Shown one piece after another: positions 14,762 through 23,374 of a DNA stretch of 29,157 bases. The notes under the pieces were generated by a model that was given only the letters and a program-made list of their open reading frames with translations, had not been told where the DNA came from and ran no database searches. Position numbers and translations under genes: made by a program. Every line of letters starts with the position of its first letter. Position 1 is the stretch's first letter. Source of the stretch: Planctomycetota bacterium (GTDB lineage Bacteria > Planctomycetota > GCA-002687715 > DRQF01); contig JALTLO010000079.1 in NCBI GenBank assembly GCA_027001995.1, positions 31,290 to 60,446 of the forward strand, read 5' to 3'.

Positions 14762-17329
14762 TCAATTCAGATTAAAGCCCATTTCAGCAAAGCGTTTAAG
14801 ACCCAGGTTCGCATAAGAAGAAACTTGAGGGTCCCGGAGTAAAGCCCGCAACGAGTCGATCGAGTCCAGCATGAGAAGGTGACTGGCTGCCAACGCTGAC
14901 CTCTGGCGCATCTCAACAGACTCACTCTTCAGTCCGGCGAGGATCAAAGGACCCGCTTCCTTGTTTTGGCAAAATGCAGCCAAGTGAATCAGCTCTGCCT
15001 TAATCTTCGGACTCCATTCAGGATCTGCCAACATGGCCTTGAGTGTAGGCCAGAAGACATCCTCGCCCATTTGGTGAATTAACCGAAGTTGAAGAGATGT
15101 CCTCACAGTCCTTTTGGTCTCCAGTATATATCCGCTCTTTGAGCGATAATAGGACGGCTGTTCTTTGAGGCTAACCAGCATGAGCTGCACAGACTTGGCA
15201 CCCAATTCCCGAGCGGCTAATTCAAGGACTATTCCAACTTGTGTCCCGTCCGTAATCTCTTTTGAGCTCACCCGCCCCATCAAAACTCGAATCACATCAC
15301 CATGGCTCTTTTCTTTCAGTAAATCAAGAACCCGATTTAGCCGCCCGCCGTTGCTGATGCGCGCTTCGTTGAGGACCAATCCAAGAAGGTAGGGCCCCAT
15401 CCGTTGGTTGAGGGCAGCGCGTATGTCCTTCATGGAGTTGGCCCCAATTTTACCATCCCAATAAAAACTGACTAATCGATTGAGGTCCAAATTGCCTTTC
15501 CAATTCGCCAAAGCCGATGCTGCTTGAACGATGGCGTCACGACGGCCCCCACGAAGGAAACCAAAAATCGTATCTTCCAAACTGCTTGTCTCTTTCAGTT
15601 GAGGCAAGAAATGAAACAACAAGGCGGAAGAATACCAGGGGCTTTTCGATTGATTGATGGTCTTAAGAATGATCTCTTGATCCCAGTCCTTCTTGAGCCG
15701 GGTGAGTCCTTGCAAAACATCTTTAAATTCGCTCGCCTGGCCTGGGAACTGATCCATGCCAACCATCATGGTATAGAGCTCCGAAACTCGTTCATTTTCA
15801 ATCAAGAAGCGAACAAGTTGGGCTATACCGATGGAATAGACATCTTGAACCCCTTCTCTGGCGTCGGCCCGCCCATAGGGGAGATCGCGGGGCCCTAATT
15901 TCTGCCAGACCTTCATGATTCGGGGCAGAGCTTCCACATCCTTGTGCCGAAGAAAGTAGTAGAGTGCTCCTGCTCGATAGTCATCATTCGGGTTATTGAG
16001 AAGCAAGAGAAATTCTCGGCGATAGTCTTTCCTTCCGGCAATGGCCAATTTGGAAATAGCAAATGCCAAAGAGCCACTCCGAATGCTGCGTCTTAGAACT
16101 TGCGCTAAGAACTCTTCGTTGACGGGATCTGCCACGATCTTGGCTGCTGAGAATGAACGAAGAACCTCAACAGCTTCGCTGCTGATCTGGCTATCCCGTG
16201 TAGCCAAATGAGGCACATAGTGCCCGATGTCCTCAAGGCGAAGCAAGTTCTTTTGCCGCAATAGGGATAGGCTCTGGGCGACAATGGCTGAAGAAGATTC
16301 GGAAAGCGAGTCTATGAGTCGTTTGCGAACTTCAGGTCCGGGAAACCGTTTGGCGAATTCACGAAATGCATGGGCTCGATTATGAGAATTGGATTTGTCG
16401 GCGAGAATGCCCCTCACGATAGCATTCCCCAGGTCCATGCCATCACGATCGATCAGACCTAGGTTATACAAAGCCCAAGATTGATTTCTTGGCGCTTCAT
16501 CTTTGGCAGCAAGCTTGAAAATCGCCCTAAGAGTTTCGGCCTTGATCGCACCATAATTGTCCCGAGTAATCGACAGCGCCCGTGTACGCACCATATGATG
16601 ACGATCCTGGGCCGCCTTGATCAAAAAGGGCCCCCCAACGTCATCGAGATGTTTCAGACAACTGACAGCCGCGCTCCTTACATCCGATTTCGGGTTTTCT
16701 AACCCCTTACGAATCACGTCTTCCCAACCGCTATCTTTGTCGATTTCCGGAAAGGTCGCAATGTGATTCATGAGAAGAGAGGGATTCTTCATCACGCCTC
16801 GATCCAGAATTTGGAGAACAATGGCAGGAAGATCGTCACCCCCAAGAGCGAACAGAGCGCGGACGGCACGCCTTGAAGAATCACCTTCGCAAAGCTGAAC
16901 AAGAATTGGTCGCACATCCATACCCAATTCGACGACTCCTTGGACATCATTGTTGCTGAGGAGTCGTTTCACTTGCTGCCTCAAGGCTCCCGGATCCAGG
17001 GCAGAAACTTGAGACCGCAAAGTGTCGAACTGCAAAACCACATCCCCAGCTTTCTGGAGAGCACTCAATGAAACCACTTCGGCTTGAGCTTTTTCCCAGT
17101 CTTTAAGTTTCACTAAACAGCGTAGTTTCCCCATTGCCCCTTGCCACCAAAGAGACTCCCCTTCGGGAGCTTTTTTCTTTGCCGCCTCAAAAAGCGCCAA
17201 AGCCCCACGCACATCCGCCTGCCCTTCCAAACGGATGGCATCGGCTATGAGGGACTCCGCTTGAGTGTCCTGAGCGTGCGCCAAGTTGCCAAACAAAAAG
17301 ATGACCAAGATTAGGAAACGCGTATTCAT
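14762..17329 (-). CDS. Secreted HEAT-repeat protein with N-terminal TPR-like helices
   Basis: GGAGG RBS before ATG 17329; signal peptide MNTRFLILVIFLFGNLAHA|Q; HEAT-like units (LENPKSDVRSAAVSCL, AQDRHHMVRTRAL, LNNPNDDYRAGAL, LKSESVEMRQRSALA). Confidence 0.85.
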   Translation of the reverse strand: MNTRFLILVIFLFGNLAHAQDTQAESLIADAIRLEGQADVRGALALFEAAKKKAPEGESLWWQGAMGKLRCLVKLKDWEKAQAEVVSLSALQKAGDVVLQFDTLRSQVSALDPGALRQQVKRLLSNNDVQGVVELGMDVRPILVQLCEGDSSRRAVRALFALGGDDLPAIVLQILDRGVMKNPSLLMNHIATFPEIDKDSGWEDVIRKGLENPKSDVRSAAVSCLKHLDDVGGPFLIKAAQDRHHMVRTRALSITRDNYGAIKAETLRAIFKLAAKDEAPRNQSWALYNLGLIDRDGMDLGNAIVRGILADKSNSHNRAHAFREFAKRFPGPEVRKRLIDSLSESSSAIVAQSLSLLRQKNLLRLEDIGHYVPHLATRDSQISSEAVEVLRSFSAAKIVADPVNEEFLAQVLRRSIRSGSLAFAISKLAIAGRKDYRREFLLLLNNPNDDYRAGALYYFLRHKDVEALPRIMKVWQKLGPRDLPYGRADAREGVQDVYSIGIAQLVRFLIENERVSELYTMMVGMDQFPGQASEFKDVLQGLTRLKKDWDQEIILKTINQSKSPWYSSALLFHFLPQLKETSSLEDTIFGFLRGGRRDAIVQAASALANWKGNLDLNRLVSFYWDGKIGANSMKDIRAALNQRMGPYLLGLVLNEARISNGGRLNRVLDLLKEKSHGDVIRVLMGRVSSKEITDGTQVGIVLELAARELGAKSVQLMLVSLKEQPSYYRSKSGYILETKRTVRTSLQLRLIHQMGEDVFWPTLKAMLADPEWSPKIKAELIHLAAFCQNKEAGPLILAGLKSESVEMRQRSALAASHLLMLDSIDSLRALLRDPQVSSYANLGLKRFAEMGFNLN

Positions 17330-17400
17330 AATGACCTCCAGTCTTCGTTGCTCCACATCCATAAGACGAAAAAAGCAAGAAGAAGTCTGCCACATTGATA

Positions 17401-17430
17401 TGACGAAGTCGTAACAAGATGTAACAGAGA
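17401..17430 (-). promoter_or_regulatory. Direct-repeat operator candidate (TGTTAC-N4-TGTTAC, possibly a third degenerate unit)
   Basis: Plus strand gtaacaagat gtaacagaga with 10-bp period, ~80-100 nt upstream of the HEAT gene start; geometry typical of OmpR/PhoB-family sites. Confidence 0.5.
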
Positions 17431-17471
17431 TGAGGTGGCGAGTTCAGGCCAGGAGCAATCGACAAGAAGAA

Positions 17472-18818
17472 CTAGCGAACTTTGATCCCAGCGACGAAAC
17501 GGAGCATTTGCCCTGTCCAACTGCCATCCTTCCCTCCTTGAGAGAAGTCACTTGGGCCATGGCCTTCAAACGTCCAAATTTCGCCTTTGTGAACAAAAGA
17601 GCAATAGAAGCGCCCACTGCTGAGGTCTTGAGGGTCCAAACGAAGCACCTCCCATCGGGCGGGATGATGCCAGATAGTGAGATCACCTCCAGAAATGGGT
17701 TGTATCCGAGGATGTGCCGAAAGAAGAGCTGCCCCTCGATTCCTGAGCCAAGACTCCCAGGTCATCCCTGGGGGAAGTTGCCTCCGGTTCACAAGCAATG
17801 TCAACTGAAGAGCAGGGTCGAGGAATTCAAAAGACTGGGGCTTAGCACCTTTCTTGAAAACCCATGACTCAGGGGCCCAAACCCAGGCGCCATCAACACC
17901 ATGGACTTTCCAAGACTCTGTGACATTAAAATTCTGATACCAAGAGTCGGTAAGGGGAATCGCCAAGGCCCGAGGCAAGATGTGTACGCCTTCAGCATCA
18001 ACTGTCAGTTCTAGATAGACGTTAATGCCCTCGCCATTGGTCTCTTCCGTTTCTCCTCGACGGAAAACGAAAGACGTCATGATGTAGTGAATCTTTTTGC
18101 CTTCATAGTCCTGCTCAAATCGTTTTGGCCCTCCGGGAGTATGGTCGCCGCAGATAACGTAATCCACAACTCCCGCCAACTTAGGCACAACGTCCTTATT
18201 CCAGTTGCTCACACCGGGGTAGGGCTCGTGAGGATCTTGACCCGGTTGAGATTCATTCCAGTTAATCATGTTGTAGTGGGTCAGAACGAAAACTTGACGG
18301 AAGCTCTTGGCATCCGCCAACTCCCGATCAAGAAAATTAAGGTCGTCCTTCTCTAAAACGCATTTGTTATCCAAGAGAATGAACTTACAGTTCTTTATCA
18401 CGAGGGCTGAATTGCCCAGCCCTCCATGCTGGCGAAAAGCATCAACGTTGCGGTAATCATGGTTCCCAGAAATGCGATAAGCGGGGGTCTTCATCTCTGC
18501 GAAAGCCTTGTCCACCAACTGCCATTCCTCTTCCGTTGAAAAACGCGTGGTATCTCCTAGCAAGAAGAGTGCGTCCGGATGGCTTGCGTCTACTTCCTGA
18601 GCAAAAAGTTCGATCCATTTGGATGTCAAGATCCCCGGCCCTTTGGCTTCCGAGCGATCTGAGGCATAGAGGCTATAGAGATGGCCCGCCAAGATTACTC
18701 TTAGGTCTTTCTCTTCCTTGGTGGACAGGCCCTCACCCCGATCGCAGCCAAAAAGTAAGACCATGATGCCAAGGCCCACGTAGGTAAAGAGTTTGAGGAT
18801 AGGCGGGGTTCTTCTCAT
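17472..18818 (-). CDS. Putative lipoprotein, calcineurin-like metallophosphoesterase with C-terminal PsbP/DcrB-like domain
   Basis: LLGDTT, GNHD, THY, CGDH motifs; lipobox LFG|C after hydrophobic stretch. Start moved from 19226 to ATG 18818 (TATGAT 6 nt upstream; avoids overlap with the plus-strand gene). C-terminal fold assignment is tentative. Confidence 0.8.
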   Translation of the reverse strand: MRRTPPILKLFTYVGLGIMVLLFGCDRGEGLSTKEEKDLRVILAGHLYSLYASDRSEAKGPGILTSKWIELFAQEVDASHPDALFLLGDTTRFSTEEEWQLVDKAFAEMKTPAYRISGNHDYRNVDAFRQHGGLGNSALVIKNCKFILLDNKCVLEKDDLNFLDRELADAKSFRQVFVLTHYNMINWNESQPGQDPHEPYPGVSNWNKDVVPKLAGVVDYVICGDHTPGGPKRFEQDYEGKKIHYIMTSFVFRRGETEETNGEGINVYLELTVDAEGVHILPRALAIPLTDSWYQNFNVTESWKVHGVDGAWVWAPESWVFKKGAKPQSFEFLDPALQLTLLVNRRQLPPGMTWESWLRNRGAALLSAHPRIQPISGGDLTIWHHPARWEVLRLDPQDLSSGRFYCSFVHKGEIWTFEGHGPSDFSQGGKDGSWTGQMLRFVAGIKVR

Positions 18819-18927
18819 GGCAGAATCATAATCGATGAACACCATAGCCGCTACCTCATTGAGAATCCCTCGGCAGAGAAATCCGGGCATCATAGCCAGG
18901 GCGACTGCTTGAGCCTGGGCGCAGGCG

Positions 18928-21900
18928 ATGAATATTGTCTGTCCCCATGGCAGCAATCGTTCCATGGCGTATACTCCTACTGAAGGGTCTAACCCTGAGA
19001 TTGTCAACAAAAGCAGACAAAAACGACTGAATGACATGCCAGCCAAAAACACAGAGACGGCAAATTCGAATTCTCTCCAAGGACTTGGGGCCACTCTTCC
19101 TTTCGCCTCAGCCTTTTTGGGTGCTCTCGCCGTTGTGTTCTTTGATGTCTTCCTGACCAAGGGGTCAACAGGCACTATTCTTAGCTGGCCGACCCTGTCT
19201 GCCGTCGGCGGTTTTTCGGGCATCATCGCTTGGACTACCGGGGTGCTGATGAGCCTGAGTCAGTGGACTCTAAGCCGCCCCAAAAGGGGCAGAGTCTTAG
19301 GTTTTGTCCTTGAGTCACTGCCCTTTTCTCTACCGCTGGCGATGTTGGCCACCACCCTCTTCGAAGGTGGCATGATGCGCACCTACGCCTTCGGTGGGCT
19401 CGGCCCTATCTTCGTATTCCTGGTGGGCACTATTGCTGTGACCATCACCTCCAGATCATGGCGAAACTGGACAGAAATAAGAACTGTCCACGGCATGGTG
19501 CTCCTGCTCGCCTTTGGTGGGCTCATTTTTTTCGTCGATCGCACTTATTACGTCGGCCTCTATCCTGGCATTCATCAAGTCCTGAGCTTCACTGTTTTCG
19601 CCACCTCTGCCATCGTTGCTCAACGTACCTTGCGGCACCTCCCGTCAAGAAAGATCTGCCAAGGTCTCACTTCCCTCGCTCTTGTGGGCGCCTGTTGGAT
19701 TACCTTTTTTTTGTTCCAAGGCCCTCCTGCTCCCCGGGCTCTATTATTCGAAGACCTGTCATCAACAAGAAGTATCTGTGGTCTTTGGTGGTTCAAGCGT
19801 CCTTCAGTGCAAGAAGTCAATCCCAGCGCTCTGTCACTTCGCTTTCAGAACTGGGAGACTTTGCGAGATAAGAGCCGCCAAGAACTAAGCGGCCTCCGGG
19901 GTGGTAAGAAATTTAACTTACTCTTTGTCTCCGTGGATGCTGTGCGCCGGGACCACACAACCCTTCACGGTTACAAACGAAACACGACGCCCTTCCTCGA
20001 AGAGCTTGCAGAGAAATCCTTCGTTTTCGACGACGCCAGATCGCCCTCCACTTCCAGCTTCTTCTCCCTCATGAGTATCTTGAGCGGCAGCTACCCCAGT
20101 GGAATTAGCCTCAGTGGCGGCCAAGAGCCCGACCTCTTGGGGCGATCACTTCACAGCGCCGGCTACACCAGTTTGGGTATCTACACCGATGCCGTATTCA
20201 CTGCCCGTCCAAATCACTGGCCTCGACCTGACTTGCGCCTGGGGCAAGACGTTTATGAATTCAACACGACTGAGTCAAAGAAAATGATTGGTCGTGTGCT
20301 GGAGGCCGTGAGTACCATCAAGAGTCCCTTCTTTTTGTTTACCCATTTGATGGACCCTCATGCCCCTTACCGCAAGCACGATGCTTTCGACTTTGGATCA
20401 AGAGATATCGATCGATACGATAGTGAAGTCGCATTTGCCGACTCCCAACTCCGGCGTTTATTCATTGGCCTTGAAGAACAGGAACTCTTGGAGTCGACCG
20501 TCGTGGTCATCACCTCCGATCACGGCGAGGCCTTCGGAGAACACGGGGCTTTTCTCCACGGAGGATTGCCCCATGAGGAACAGTGCCGAGTTCCTCTCCT
20601 CATCTTCGTGCCCTACATGGAGGGAGGCAAGTTGGTACAAGGCTCTGTGTCTTTGACGTCTTTGGCTCCGACCTTGGTCGATCTCTTAGGAAGCAGAAAA
20701 CTCGCAAACTCTGAGGCCGCAAGCCTTGCTCCTCTCATGTTGGGTCACACCAACCCCGAAGATTACTACGCAGTTTCCGAGCGTCCCTCCATCCATGAGG
20801 ACGAAGACCTCTCTTCCGTCACAACTTTGGTGCAAGGGAAATACAAGTTTCGCGCTCAGTATGAAGCTGGACTTAGAACCCTCTACGACTTAGAGAAAGA
20901 TTCGCTGGAAAAGAATGACATTTCTCAATCTGATCCAAAAGCCTTCACTGCTATGAGTCAGCTATTTCGGGAATGGCAAAGCGATTGTGTCTTCAAGCGG
21001 CATCAAGGGCACAATCTGAACCCTCAGTTCAATGCCTTGCGCGACGAGATTTTGCTGGGCAGCAATGATGAAATCCCATTGGTCTTCGATTTCTTGAAGA
21101 TGGAGGATCAAACAGTCCAGATTGAAGCGGCACTCCTCCTTTTCGATTTGGAGGTCGAAGGCCGCATACCAGGAAGCAATGGGCTGTGCTCCTTTGAAGC
21201 CAACAAGAAAGACAAAACACTGATCGGGCTTCAAGATTTGTTGGGAGCACGAAGAGAAAAGCGCCCTTTTCGGCAGGCCGCAGCCCTGCTGACCTCGACC
21301 AACGTGATCCTACGTCGCCGGGCAGCTTGGACTCTCTGGGACTTGTATGACCTTCCCTTTGCCCCCGTCATCGCCAAGGTCCGCCTCCCCCAAGAGAAAG
21401 ACCCGCAAACTCGGGCAGACCTTCTGGGTGTACTGGCACGCAATCAGGAAAAAGTAGATATCCCCGAGCTCTTGAAGATAGCGACAAAAATGAAGGGGCC
21501 CCCGGCCACGCGCCTGCTCATCAGCTTGATGACCCGTCAGGAAGAAGCGATTGAAACTTTTATTGAGGAAACCATCAGCCAAGAAGACTCACCCTTGGCT
21601 CACACCCTCATTCGCTACTTAGGGGCGTCAGATACCCCCCGCAGACGAAAATTAGTCACGAGGCTCTTACGTTTAGATCGCTACACACTTCGAGCATCAA
21701 CAGTGGAGGCTCTGAAGACCTTCCCTCCCAGCCCATGGTTAGCAAGTCTGTTCAGAAGGCTCATTCTTCATGAACCCCATCGTGTTCTTCGATTAAAAGC
21801 CGCCAAATTATTGGCCACTTACCCCGGAGACCAGAATGCCCAAGCAATGCTCACATCTCTGGGTACCTATCCGGGGTCGGCTTTGGGCATGGGATACCTC

Positions 21901-22698
21901 TTGGCAAATCACCACAAGCAAGCAATCGAGAACTGGTCTCTCAAGGAAACTGACCTCAAATTGCCCCTTCAGGTTGGGGAGGTCGGCACAATTGATATCG
22001 ACACGACAACCCCTCAAAAGCAATATGCCCGCCGACTCATCGCCACGATTGTGAAACGGGAACGGGGCCCAAGTATCAGCGATCGATTTCAAGTTTGGGA
22101 CGCTGGAGGCACTATGCTTCTGGATCAACCCTGCAGCGAACGCACCCAGGTCATTTGCCTCAATCTCATCATCAGTCGCAAGACCATCAAGCTACCTTTA
22201 TCGCTGCGCTTCATCGCCCCAAAAAGAAAAAACACCAAAGATTTGGGTGTCATGTTAGCGACCATCATTCCATTGATGACGCCTTTCGAATTATGGCCAG
22301 CGGAAATGACGAATTTGGACCAAGTCGGTATTCTGCAGAGGTTCTCTCCTGGGTGGCGAACCACGATGACAAACCCCGACCTTTGTTTCATGCCACAAAC
22401 GGGAGGCAGCCTCATGCTCAAAGGTGCTCAAGAAGAAAAATCAACAGCCACAGTTCAATTGATCACAGCCAAGACTCCCTGCCTCATCGAAATCAGTATG
22501 TTTGGGGAAGACCTTGGCACCTTCAAGTTAGCGGGAGGAAGAATTCCACGTACCATCCACTTGAAAGGGATAAATCGTCGCTACCGTAAGAAGGCCACCA
22601 ACCAATTCGACTTCGCCATCAAGCCACTCCCCGGAGGGACATTACCAATCGGCACTCCAGGAGATACCGTCGCTTTGAAAACCTTCCGGCTCAATTAG
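18928..22698 (+). CDS. Membrane-anchored alkaline-phosphatase-superfamily (sulfatase-like/LtaS-like) hydrolase/transferase with HEAT repeats
   Basis: ~7 N-terminal TMs; VSVDAVRRDH, HLMDPHAPY, YDSEVAFAD, TSDHGE..HG, LYDLEKD motifs; HEAT-like helices after the catalytic domain. True start is uncertain (may be 18965 or ~19036). Confidence 0.88.
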   Translation: MNIVCPHGSNRSMAYTPTEGSNPEIVNKSRQKRLNDMPAKNTETANSNSLQGLGATLPFASAFLGALAVVFFDVFLTKGSTGTILSWPTLSAVGGFSGIIAWTTGVLMSLSQWTLSRPKRGRVLGFVLESLPFSLPLAMLATTLFEGGMMRTYAFGGLGPIFVFLVGTIAVTITSRSWRNWTEIRTVHGMVLLLAFGGLIFFVDRTYYVGLYPGIHQVLSFTVFATSAIVAQRTLRHLPSRKICQGLTSLALVGACWITFFLFQGPPAPRALLFEDLSSTRSICGLWWFKRPSVQEVNPSALSLRFQNWETLRDKSRQELSGLRGGKKFNLLFVSVDAVRRDHTTLHGYKRNTTPFLEELAEKSFVFDDARSPSTSSFFSLMSILSGSYPSGISLSGGQEPDLLGRSLHSAGYTSLGIYTDAVFTARPNHWPRPDLRLGQDVYEFNTTESKKMIGRVLEAVSTIKSPFFLFTHLMDPHAPYRKHDAFDFGSRDIDRYDSEVAFADSQLRRLFIGLEEQELLESTVVVITSDHGEAFGEHGAFLHGGLPHEEQCRVPLLIFVPYMEGGKLVQGSVSLTSLAPTLVDLLGSRKLANSEAASLAPLMLGHTNPEDYYAVSERPSIHEDEDLSSVTTLVQGKYKFRAQYEAGLRTLYDLEKDSLEKNDISQSDPKAFTAMSQLFREWQSDCVFKRHQGHNLNPQFNALRDEILLGSNDEIPLVFDFLKMEDQTVQIEAALLLFDLEVEGRIPGSNGLCSFEANKKDKTLIGLQDLLGARREKRPFRQAAALLTSTNVILRRRAAWTLWDLYDLPFAPVIAKVRLPQEKDPQTRADLLGVLARNQEKVDIPELLKIATKMKGPPATRLLISLMTRQEEAIETFIEETISQEDSPLAHTLIRYLGASDTPRRRKLVTRLLRLDRYTLRASTVEALKTFPPSPWLASLFRRLILHEPHRVLRLKAAKLLATYPGDQNAQAMLTSLGTYPGSALGMGYLLANHHKQAIENWSLKETDLKLPLQVGEVGTIDIDTTTPQKQYARRLIATIVKRERGPSISDRFQVWDAGGTMLLDQPCSERTQVICLNLIISRKTIKLPLSLRFIAPKRKNTKDLGVMLATIIPLMTPFELWPAEMTNLDQVGILQRFSPGWRTTMTNPDLCFMPQTGGSLMLKGAQEEKSTATVQLITAKTPCLIEISMFGEDLGTFKLAGGRIPRTIHLKGINRRYRKKATNQFDFAIKPLPGGTLPIGTPGDTVALKTFRLN

Positions 22699-23374
22699 AA
22701 TTGGTGGCCAGCTTGTAGCCAATGCCATGAACCGTAAGAAGAATTGTTGGTTCTTTCGGGTCAAGTTCAATTTTTCTGCGAAGCCTGGCGACATGATTAT
22801 CTAAGGTTCGCGTTAAGGTTGACATCCCTGGCCCCCATACTTTCTCCAAGAGATCTTCCCGAGAGACAACCGCCCCCGGATTCGCCAAGAGCAATTGAAG
22901 AATAGCGCATTCCATGTTGGTCAAAGCCATGACCTGGTCATTGCGGCTTATGCGATAATTATCAAGGTCCAATGTCCAAGGGCCGATTGTCCCCAGAGGT
23001 ACCCCGGTTTGAGGAAGGCGCCTTAAGATTCGTCTCAGTCTAGCAATGAGTTCACTGACGCCAAAAGGCTTCCGGACATAATCGTCCGCCCCCAGTTCGA
23101 GGGCTACAACAGCATCGGATTCATCCGAGCGGGCAGTCAGCATCACCACGGGACAACTCTGATCTTTCTGTCGAATTGTTTCTAACATTTCCAGGCCAGA
23201 CATCCCCGGCAACATGATGTCGAGTAGGAAGAGATTACAATCAGAATCCCTCCAAGCGTCAAGACCAGATTCCGCAGACGAACAGCCAGTCACCAAGAAC
23301 CCCTCCTTCTTTAGATTGAATTCCAAGCCATACCTCAAATGCTCTTCGTCTTCCACGAGTATGATTCTATGCAT
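22691..23374 (-). CDS. OmpR/PhoB-family DNA-binding response regulator
   Basis: ILVEDE, LLDIMLP (phospho-Asp), LTAR, GADDYVRKPF, winged helix TRTLDNHVARLRRKIE..TVHGIGY; ATG 23374 overlaps the kinase stop (translational coupling). Confidence 0.96.
   Translation of the reverse strand: MHRIILVEDEEHLRYGLEFNLKKEGFLVTGCSSAESGLDAWRDSDCNLFLLDIMLPGMSGLEMLETIRQKDQSCPVVMLTARSDESDAVVALELGADDYVRKPFGVSELIARLRRILRRLPQTGVPLGTIGPWTLDLDNYRISRNDQVMALTNMECAILQLLLANPGAVVSREDLLEKVWGPGMSTLTRTLDNHVARLRRKIELDPKEPTILLTVHGIGYKLATNSN

Noticed and set aside
17330..17395. Longer start for the HEAT protein
   Set aside because: GGAGG RBS and signal peptide fit ATG 17329.
18819..19226. N-terminal extension of the 584-aa minus-strand ORF overlapping the sulfatase-like gene
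   Set aside because: Antisense shadow; the lipoprotein signal and -10 element point to a start at 18818.
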